This document shows, one piece after another, positions 57,166 to 64,000 of a stretch of DNA of 64,000 bases (positions within the stretch are counted from its first letter, which is position 1; each line of letters opens with the position of its first letter). Both the position numbers and the translations under genes were made by a program. The notes below the pieces were generated by a model, which did no database searches, had not been told where the DNA came from, and was given only the letters and a program-made list of their open reading frames with translations. The DNA is from an uncultured Candidatus Micrarchaeota archaeon (GTDB taxonomy: Archaea; Micrarchaeota; Micrarchaeia; Anstonellales; J096), in assembly GCA_938083015.1 (NCBI GenBank), contig CALKCX010000008.1:11196-75195 (forward strand), read 5' to 3'.

Positions 57166-58090
57166 TCTCCCATACCTTTCTAATGTTTACATTATATATT
57201 TTCATTCTCTCGTATATTCCTTTCCTTGTACCTTGATCGTAATTCTTGAAACTACTTCCATCAGCTATCATATTTTTAGGTTTGAAGAATTCCATGTAAT
57301 TTATATATAAGTCGGGCACAAAGTAAATACCATAAGCATTCCAACTAAAGTAATTACAATTATGTTTATATCTTTGATCTATATTGAATCTTTGAAGACC
57401 ACCGTTTTCCACGTCTAATAACATGATAATACAGTTATTACCTTTACTGATCTTCAATATTAGCCCCATGTTTCCGGGATTGCTTTTTAAGTAATCCTCA
57501 CCAGCTTGTAATACTTCTATTTTATAATTAGCTATTTCAAGAACATCGCCTTTATCAAGATATATATCAAAACTACCGTTGTAATAATACATGATGTTTC
57601 TTGGAGCTATTGTTTTTCCTATTTCAAAATCTTTCTTAAGTCTATCTAATGTCTCAAAATTTAGATTTTTACCAGAAGGAATTATCACATATTCTATATC
57701 ATCACTATAAGATTTTATATAACTATAAGCTTTAGGATAACTTTCATTTGGTACACTCCATATGTATACATCTGAATCACCTCTTCTTAATAATACCAAT
57801 CTACCTTGTTTCTCTCCATAACCGACATTAAAGAATGTTATATAAAGAGGATCTCTATCCGAGAATGTATAATTTAACAAATTCTTAGCTCTAATTTCAG
57901 GTCTATCTCCCCAATCTATAGGCACATCTGTTTTATTATCTTTAGGAATATAGCTTACTTCTTCTTTTTCTCTTTCTTTTACTATATCTATTCCTCCTTT
58001 ATCTGTCTTATCTGTAATTGGAGTCTTATTAGACTGTGGTTCACCAATACATCCTAATAATAACAATATAGCTAACAATACCTTGATCAT
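57137..58090 (-). CDS. Lipoprotein with degenerate ComEC/Rec2-like MBL fold
   Basis: Lipobox-like LLLLGC; ITFFNVG...QG.LVL resembles F.DVGQGD; N..L.L......I.L.D; no HxHxDH. Confidence 0.55.
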   Translation of the reverse strand: MIKVLLAILLLLGCIGEPQSNKTPITDKTDKGGIDIVKEREKEEVSYIPKDNKTDVPIDWGDRPEIRAKNLLNYTFSDRDPLYITFFNVGYGEKQGRLVLLRRGDSDVYIWSVPNESYPKAYSYIKSYSDDIEYVIIPSGKNLNFETLDRLKKDFEIGKTIAPRNIMYYYNGSFDIYLDKGDVLEIANYKIEVLQAGEDYLKSNPGNMGLILKISKGNNCIIMLLDVENGGLQRFNIDQRYKHNCNYFSWNAYGIYFVPDLYINYMEFFKPKNMIADGSSFKNYDQGTRKGIYERMKIYNVNIRKVWENETTTIIFE

Positions 58091-58174
58091 GTTTTATTTA
58101 TCTTAATCTTTCTTTTAAATCATTTTCGTTAATCTTATCTCCGAACATTGTAAACAATTTTAAAATATGTTCTA

Positions 58175-58783
58175 TCATAGTATTGTAAACATCGGTTCTG
58201 TTTTAAAAAATATCTCTGATATCATCTGTTTACTCTTCAATATTTCTATGTCTTTATCAATTATTACATCAATTTCAAAATTCTTATGTTTCATCATATC
58301 TAAAGTACCTACTAGCATAAACACACCTCTTTGTATAGTTCTGGTCTGCATTACTTCTAAAAATTTTGATAGAGAATTAGCTTCGTTTTTTTCTAATGCT
58401 GAATCAACTGTTAGTATTACAGTAAATACCGGTATTGATAATTTTGATATTACAGAATTGTATTCATAAGATATATCATTTAGTAAGCTTGGCGAGTCTA
58501 TAAATATTACGCGATTATCTTCATATTCAACTCTATTTGATTTTGAATATGCATCTATGATTAGATTAAGACGATTAGGTACTCTAGATCTTCTTAGTTT
58601 TTGCTCTAATGTATACCAGCTTTCTCTAAATGTAATTAAAACATTATAACTTTCCTTGCCCATCATTGGAAATACGATATGACTGTTATAATTGTTAGAA
58701 GGGATTTTTACAAATATGCTGTCTCCTTCTCGAAATCCTCCGTCTAAAATATAATTAAGTTCTTCTAGAAAAGTCTCTATCAT
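58175..58783 (-). CDS. KaiC/RAD55-like RecA-fold protein, P-loop degenerate
   Basis: IETFLEELNYILDGGFREGDSI typical N-terminus; IIDAYS; P..LNDIS; Walker A replaced by KIPSNNYNS. Confidence 0.75.
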   Translation of the reverse strand: MIETFLEELNYILDGGFREGDSIFVKIPSNNYNSHIVFPMMGKESYNVLITFRESWYTLEQKLRRSRVPNRLNLIIDAYSKSNRVEYEDNRVIFIDSPSLLNDISYEYNSVISKLSIPVFTVILTVDSALEKNEANSLSKFLEVMQTRTIQRGVFMLVGTLDMMKHKNFEIDVIIDKDIEILKSKQMISEIFFKTEPMFTIL

Positions 58784-59724
58784 GCTTTTCTCCTTTTCAT
58801 CTTATCTATAAAATTGAACAGCTCTTCACCGTATTCATTGCTTTTTGAAAACAATCTTTGCATCTCTCGATCTATTTGATTAAAATACTCTTCTAATCTA
58901 TTTTCCGTATACTCTATACCACCACCTTGTTCAATAAGCTCTATTGCCCTTCTTTTATCATCATCATTTGAGCTATGAGAATTTAGTATATTAATCAATT
59001 CATTTCTATGCTTTTCATCTAAATTACTAAGAGCGTGTACTACCATAAGCGTTCTCTTTCCTTCTGTTATATCATCTGCCCATTTCTTTCCATATTCTTC
59101 TGTAGCTTTTAGATTTAGTAAATCATCTTGTATTTGAAATGCCATTCCTATCAATCTACCTAGGCGAAAATAACTAGGATCGTCTTTACCAGCTAGATAT
59201 GCACCGATATGCATACTTAGACCAATCAAAGCACCTGTTTTTCTAGCTATCATCTGATAATATTGATCTTCATTTGGAAATTCACCTTTTTCTCTCCAAT
59301 ATATGTCCATTGCCTGTCCTTCTACTACTTGGGTAAACGTATCTATATAATCAATTCTCAATCTTTTATCATCTAATCTATTGATTAATGAAAGAACCAG
59401 AGTATATAAAGCATCTCCAGTATTTAAGGCCAATGGAATTCCATATTGAACATGCAATGTAGGCTTTCCTCTTCTTAATTCTGACCCATCTTCTATATCA
59501 TCATGTATCAATGTAAAAGAATGGAATAATTCTATTATAGCTCCATGATATAGTATGTCATGATAATAACCGGTAAAACTACCATATGTTAAAAATGTTA
59601 ACATTGGTCTAAATCTCTTCCCACCTCTAGATAAATACTCTCTAATTCCTAAGTACATAAGACTTTTATCTTCAGGCACTAAGGCATATAGATATTCGTT
59701 AAACAATTCTATATTGACTGGCAT
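58780..59724 (-). CDS. Geranylgeranyl diphosphate synthase (polyprenyl synthetase)
   Basis: GGKRFRP, LIHDDIED....RRG.PT, EGQ.MD, KTG, FQIQDD.L, DITEGK; ATG 59724. Confidence 0.95.
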   Translation of the reverse strand: MPVNIELFNEYLYALVPEDKSLMYLGIREYLSRGGKRFRPMLTFLTYGSFTGYYHDILYHGAIIELFHSFTLIHDDIEDGSELRRGKPTLHVQYGIPLALNTGDALYTLVLSLINRLDDKRLRIDYIDTFTQVVEGQAMDIYWREKGEFPNEDQYYQMIARKTGALIGLSMHIGAYLAGKDDPSYFRLGRLIGMAFQIQDDLLNLKATEEYGKKWADDITEGKRTLMVVHALSNLDEKHRNELINILNSHSSNDDDKRRAIELIEQGGGIEYTENRLEEYFNQIDREMQRLFSKSNEYGEELFNFIDKMKRRKA

Positions 59725-59775
59725 AAATCTATAATATGATAAACTTTTTAAATATTGTATAGTATTAAATCTAAC

Positions 59776-59955
59776 ATGCAGAAATTCATTATAAAGGCAA
59801 TCTATTTTGGTAAAATTCATGAACATAGAATTGAAGGGCATTCAGAAGCACATGCTATTAATAAATTCTACGGTATACTTGGATCAAAGAATAGATTAAC
59901 TAGATCTAAGATAAAAATATTAGAGGTGAAGACAGATGGAACAGAATCTAAATGA
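59776..59955 (+). CDS. rpl18a: 50S ribosomal protein L18a/LX
   Basis: HA....Y..LGSK.RL.R..I.I.EV; precedes prefoldin alpha and ftsY as in the conserved archaeal cluster. Confidence 0.85.
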   Translation: MQKFIIKAIYFGKIHEHRIEGHSEAHAINKFYGILGSKNRLTRSKIKILEVKTDGTESK

Positions 59956-60319
59956 ACAAGCAACATTATTGAACAACCGATTGAATGAACTTAGAGCACA
60001 TCTACAAGTTATAGGTCAAGAAATTACAGATATAGACAGAGCTTTATTAACATTAGAAGGTTTAAAATCGAATTCTAAAATGATATTCAACATAGATAAA
60101 TTGATTATGGTAAAAACAGAACATCTTAAAATAGATAGTATGTATCTTGTAATAGATAATACGCATAGATTAGAGATGTCTCCAGAACAAGCTGAGAAAT
60201 ATTTAAAAGAAAGAAGAGAAAAACTAAAACAAAAATACGAAAACATGGAAAAAGAATTAAAAACTATTCAAGAGGAAATAGTAAAATTGTTAAAATCTAT
60301 GGGCAGAGATGCTAGATAA
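59936..60319 (+). CDS. pfdA: Prefoldin alpha subunit
   Basis: Coil, beta hairpins, coil architecture; E.S..QA..YL..R; synteny. Confidence 0.75.
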   Translation: MEQNLNEQATLLNNRLNELRAHLQVIGQEITDIDRALLTLEGLKSNSKMIFNIDKLIMVKTEHLKIDSMYLVIDNTHRLEMSPEQAEKYLKERREKLKQKYENMEKELKTIQEEIVKLLKSMGRDAR

Positions 60320-61193
60320 GTTAAAAAAAGCTTTTGATAGATTAATTGGTAAAGATAATTCTATAGGTTTAGTTAAAGAAGCTATAGCAGGTATAATACA
60401 GATAAGATTAAATCAATCTGAAATAGAGCGTATATCTAATCAATTGTTTTACGATTTATTAGATGCGGATGTACCATTTGAATTAGCAAGTTATATAAAA
60501 AAGCAATTAATCAAAGAATTGGAACAGAGTAGATTTAGTAAAGATTATAAACAAGAGATTAGAGAGATATTAAAAAGAATACTTTTACAATATATACGTA
60601 CAGCTTCTATTCCAGATAAAGGTATAATGATGTTAATAGGCCCTAATGGTTATGGTAAAACTACTACAGCTGTTAAAATAGGTTATATGTTAAAGAAATC
60701 TGGCAAGATTGTAAAGATAATCGGAGCAGATGTGTTTAGAGCAGCAGCTAGAGAACAATTAAAAGAATTAGCATCTAAATACAATATTGATTATTATATA
60801 GATCAATCTGATAGACCAATAAATACAATATATCGTGGTTTAATAGATAAACATAAATACGATTGGATTTTAATAGATACAGCAGGTAGACAAGATATGC
60901 GGGTGAATTTACTTAAAGAATTACAATCTATACAAGATAAGGTAAAACCAGATGTTACATTATATGTTGTTGAAAGCTCTGTAGGAAATTCTATTCTTAA
61001 TCAACTTAGAGATTATAGAAGATTTATTAAAATAGACGGTATAATCTATACTAAGATGGATTTAGATAGTGCAGGCGGTAGTATACTGGCAGCCGGATAT
61101 TACGATTTTCCAATATATTTTATTACTACAGGTCAAGATATAGATAGTATCGAAATTCCCAATCCTAATAGTCTTGTTGAAAGAATACTATGA
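60309..61193 (+). CDS. ftsY: SRP receptor GTPase FtsY
   Basis: LLDADV, GPNGYGKTTT, DVFRAAAREQL, DTAGR, TKMD.D..GG, GQ. Confidence 0.95.
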   Translation: MLDKLKKAFDRLIGKDNSIGLVKEAIAGIIQIRLNQSEIERISNQLFYDLLDADVPFELASYIKKQLIKELEQSRFSKDYKQEIREILKRILLQYIRTASIPDKGIMMLIGPNGYGKTTTAVKIGYMLKKSGKIVKIIGADVFRAAAREQLKELASKYNIDYYIDQSDRPINTIYRGLIDKHKYDWILIDTAGRQDMRVNLLKELQSIQDKVKPDVTLYVVESSVGNSILNQLRDYRRFIKIDGIIYTKMDLDSAGGSILAAGYYDFPIYFITTGQDIDSIEIPNPNSLVERIL

Positions 61194-61510
61194 AAGTCGT
61201 AGATACTAGTTTTATGATAGAAGCTGTGAAGAAGAAAATACAGATTTTAGATAAAATACTAATACCTGGTTCTGTTTACAGAGAGATTAGAGCTATGGCA
61301 AGGAATAGGGGCAAGAAAGGTAGTTATGCTAGGACAGCATTAGATATTATAGCAAAAAATGGGTATGTAATACCAAGCAATCTTGAACCTGATCAAGCTG
61401 CTTTGGATGTTGCCAATAAATATGATCTTGAATTACTTACGTTTGATCTTAGATTAAAAAGTATGGCAAAGAGAAAAGGAGAGATAAAAGGCAATTATGT
61501 TGAATATTGA
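61190..61510 (+). CDS. PIN domain protein (Fcf1/VapC-like)
   Basis: VVDTSF, V..E, D...L, L.T.D..L. Confidence 0.8.
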   Translation: MKVVDTSFMIEAVKKKIQILDKILIPGSVYREIRAMARNRGKKGSYARTALDIIAKNGYVIPSNLEPDQAALDVANKYDLELLTFDLRLKSMAKRKGEIKGNYVEY

Positions 61511-62108
61511 ATTGCTTAGAATATTAGCTATGCTTACCATGTTTATAGATCATCTAGGAGTAGTATTAAGTATAGATTTATTTAGAATAATCGGAAGAAT
61601 CGCATTTCCAATATTCGGTTATATTTTAATAAGAAATTTAATTGAAAAGAATGTATATGAGAAATACTTAATAAGATTGTTGTTATTTGGTCTTATATCA
61701 CAATTTCCTTTTTATCTAATATCTGGTAGTATTATGTTAAACATAATGTTTCAATTCTTAGGCACAATTATGTTTTTAAAATCAGAAGATTGGAAAAAAT
61801 GGATGGGGTTTATTATAAGTATAATAAGCGACTACTCAATATTTGGTCTAATCTATATGATCTCTGTTTATAACTTCATAAAACATGGCAATTCTATAGA
61901 ATTATTATTGTCAAGTTTACTATTAAACATATCATTTCTAAATATTCTACATGTTTTAATAACGATATTGACAGTATTTTTCTTAATAAAATTTCATGAA
62001 AGATTAGAATTTAAAGGTAGAATACTTCCATATTATGTATTCTATCTATTCTATCCCGCCCATCTATTATTATTATATTGGGTGAAAATATGGTTAGACG
62101 TTTTTTAG
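61497..62108 (+). CDS. TraX-family membrane acyltransferase
   Basis: LR.LA...M.IDH.G, GRIAFPIF, Y..RL..FG.ISQ.P, N.MF, DY...G, FYLFYP.HL. Confidence 0.85.
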   Translation: MLNIELLRILAMLTMFIDHLGVVLSIDLFRIIGRIAFPIFGYILIRNLIEKNVYEKYLIRLLLFGLISQFPFYLISGSIMLNIMFQFLGTIMFLKSEDWKKWMGFIISIISDYSIFGLIYMISVYNFIKHGNSIELLLSSLLLNISFLNILHVLITILTVFFLIKFHERLEFKGRILPYYVFYLFYPAHLLLLYWVKIWLDVF

Positions 62109-62554
62109 CATTTGATGTTCAATCAAATAAATCAATAGACGATGTTTATAATTACTTTTCTAAAATACCACAAGTACGCATATCTAAATTTAGACATGTC
62201 ACATTGAGTTTTTTAGAAAACATAGATATCGATTTAGAATATTTAAAAAGCTTTTTCAATCAAAAGAAGGCATTCAAAGTACAATATCAAGGAATTGGGG
62301 GGTTTCCAAGATTAGATCGAGCTAGAGTAATCTGGATAGGTGTAAACATGGAATACGATATAATGAAAGATTTTAAATATCCGAAAAATGAAGTTTATCA
62401 TCTTACCATAGGTAGGACTAATAGCTTAGATTTGAGAAATTTAAATATTCCACAGATCATTCATGAGCATAAGGTAAACTTAATAAAATTATACCAGACG
62501 ATAATTCCAGGTAAAGAGTATAGAGAACTTATCTCTTTTTATCTTCAAGACTAA
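62090..62554 (+). CDS. thpR: 2H phosphoesterase (2'-5' RNA ligase / ThpR)
   Basis: R.FLA.D, HVTL.F, GGFP....RVIW.G, HLTIGR. Confidence 0.9.
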   Translation: MVRRFLAFDVQSNKSIDDVYNYFSKIPQVRISKFRHVTLSFLENIDIDLEYLKSFFNQKKAFKVQYQGIGGFPRLDRARVIWIGVNMEYDIMKDFKYPKNEVYHLTIGRTNSLDLRNLNIPQIIHEHKVNLIKLYQTIIPGKEYRELISFYLQD

Positions 62555-62777
62555 ATAAGCTATACATATAAGATATTGCCGAAATATATAGAAGTTTTTT
62601 ATCTTCATCCAATATATATTGTTTTAAAAAATGAGATTCGTATGCTATTAAAGATAAAGATCCTAATAACACACCTGCCATAATATTACTTATTCTTAGC
62701 ATTCTAATTTTTAGATCTTCTTCAACATCAACATTTAATTTTTTATCTTGTTCTTGCTTTACTTGTAACTTGAGCAT
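62529..62777 (-). CDS. Small hypothetical membrane protein
   Basis: Charged N-terminus then hydrophobic segments. Confidence 0.5.
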   Translation of the reverse strand: MLKLQVKQEQDKKLNVDVEEDLKIRMLRISNIMAGVLLGSLSLIAYESHFLKQYILDEDKKLLYISAISYMYSLFSLEDKKR

Positions 62778-62828
62778 ATATTTATAATAGCTAAATCTAT
62801 TAAAACACGATAGATAAAATATATGAAG

Positions 62829-62878
62829 ATGATGAACCTTACGCAGCTCTGATAGGTGATGAGATGACTTGACGCTGA
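62829..62878 (+). ncRNA. Box C/D guide sRNA 3
   Basis: C ATGATGA 62829-62835, 13-nt guide, D' CTGA 62849-62852, C' GTGATGA 62856-62862, 12-nt guide, D CTGA 62875-62878. Confidence 0.93.
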
Positions 62879-62887
62879 GTGATTATT

Positions 62888-63679
62888 ATGAAGCTTAGAG
62901 ATATTCTAGGTTTGCCCATAACTTCATACGATATAATAGGAGATATAGCTTTAGTTCACATACCAGAAGAATACTTAGATAAATCTAAAGATATAGCATT
63001 GGCGATAATTAAAACACATCCTAGAGTTAAGACTGTATTTAGAAAAAGACCTGTAATAGGCGAGTATCGTACTAGAGAATTAGATCTTATATATGGAGAA
63101 GATAGAACTGAAACTATTACTAGAGAAAACGGTATTGTATTAAAATTAGACGTAGATCAAGTATTTTATTCTCCTAGAATGGCATACGATAGATTAAGAA
63201 TATCGTCTATGGTCAAAGACGGAGAACATGTATTTATACCATTTGCAGGAATAGGACCATATGCAATACTTATAGCAAAGACCCATAAGAATTGTAAAAT
63301 AATAGCAGTTGAAAAAAACCCTATAGCTGTTAAATACATGTATGAGAATATAAAATTGAATAAAGTGAAAAATATAGATGTGATTGAAGGCGATGTAATT
63401 GATGTAATAGATCGATATAAAGACTGGGCAGATAGAATAATAATGCCTTTACCTAAAGACGCTCATAACTATCTTGACCCTATATCAAATGTAGCTAAAG
63501 ATAAAGGTATTCTACATGTTTATCTCTTTGTAAATTCTTCTAATCCATTAGATCACGGATTAGAGTTGATAAAAACTAATCTTAAATCAAAATTTGAAAT
63601 AATCGAACATAGAAGACTAAGAAGTTATAGTAAAAGCATAGATGAATATGTATTTACGATTAGATTGTATAAAACTTAA
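62888..63679 (+). CDS. Trm5/Taw2 (Met-10+) family tRNA G37 SAM-dependent transferase
   Basis: YDIIGDIA, GEYRTR, ENG, FYSPRM, FAGIGPY, EKNP.A, DRIIMPLP. Confidence 0.92.
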   Translation: MKLRDILGLPITSYDIIGDIALVHIPEEYLDKSKDIALAIIKTHPRVKTVFRKRPVIGEYRTRELDLIYGEDRTETITRENGIVLKLDVDQVFYSPRMAYDRLRISSMVKDGEHVFIPFAGIGPYAILIAKTHKNCKIIAVEKNPIAVKYMYENIKLNKVKNIDVIEGDVIDVIDRYKDWADRIIMPLPKDAHNYLDPISNVAKDKGILHVYLFVNSSNPLDHGLELIKTNLKSKFEIIEHRRLRSYSKSIDEYVFTIRLYKT

Positions 63680-64000
63680 AACTCTTCCTGGAACATATTT
63701 GATAGAATAGTACTAGCTTTATTAATAACAACGACTCCATCCGATATATGAATATCACCATTCTTACCATTAGGTAAAATAATTGTATAATCGCTTTTAA
63801 CTCTATTATCAAATATCCAAACCTTATCTTTGCGCGGATGAAATATTCTTATACCGGCTTTTGTAGTAGTATATGTATAATCCATACTATCGTAAACTGC
63901 CCATCCTTCTGGTATAATGGCATAAAAAGGCAATTCAACCTGTCCTTCTGATTTAATATGAAATATACGTGTTAATGCCGTATTTATCGGTATCGATATA
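63676..64000 (-). CDS. Hypothetical protein, C-terminal part (start lies beyond the window)
   Basis: Reading frame stays open from 64000 to the stop at 63676. Confidence 0.6.
   Translation of the reverse strand, partial: ISIPINTALTRIFHIKSEGQVELPFYAIIPEGWAVYDSMDYTYTTTKAGIRIFHPRKDKVWIFDNRVKSDYTIILPNGKNGDIHISDGVVVINKASTILSNMFQEEF

Noticed and set aside
164..60246. Many short antisense or alternate-frame ORFs in the track (e.g. 164-382, 6596-7003, 31127-31444, 39275-39613, 58167-58469)
   Set aside because: Shadows of well-supported genes on the opposite strand, with no motifs
1..64000. CRISPR array, cas genes, rRNA, transposase or integrase
   Set aside because: No regularly spaced repeats, long GC-rich RNA genes or recombinase motifs were seen; nearly all sequence is explained by packed ORFs

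Overview
Gene-dense, very AT-rich archaeal chromosome segment. The gene content (thermosome, PolD small subunit, GatD, Elp3, Dph2, archease, ScpA/ScpB, L7Ae, proteasome alpha), compact overlapping genes, trimmed enzymes and many orphans fit a reduced-genome DPANN-type archaeon, plausibly Micrarchaeota-like; the lineage is inference. Non-coding RNAs read directly from the sequence are tRNA-Val(UAC), tRNA-Gly(UCC), an SRP RNA that appears to lack helix 6, and three complete dual-guide box C/D sRNAs with plausible rRNA targets. The best candidate for an undescribed system is a five-gene minus-strand operon (47660-53506). It encodes a VirB4/HerA-like ATPase, a membrane partner resembling a split VirB4 N-terminal half, a small 2-TM protein, a coiled-coil/winged-helix protein and a large two-TM surface protein. 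Elsewhere in the window are a VirB11/FlaI-like secretion ATPase with a membrane nuclease, a prepilin peptidase, a TraX-family protein and a degenerate ComEC-like MBL lipoprotein. Other oddities are an apparently catalytically dead glutamine synthetase, a Lon ATPase with no protease domain, and a separate surface Lon-type protease. No CRISPR array, rRNA, transposase or integrase was found. All family calls come from motif recognition by eye, not database searches.
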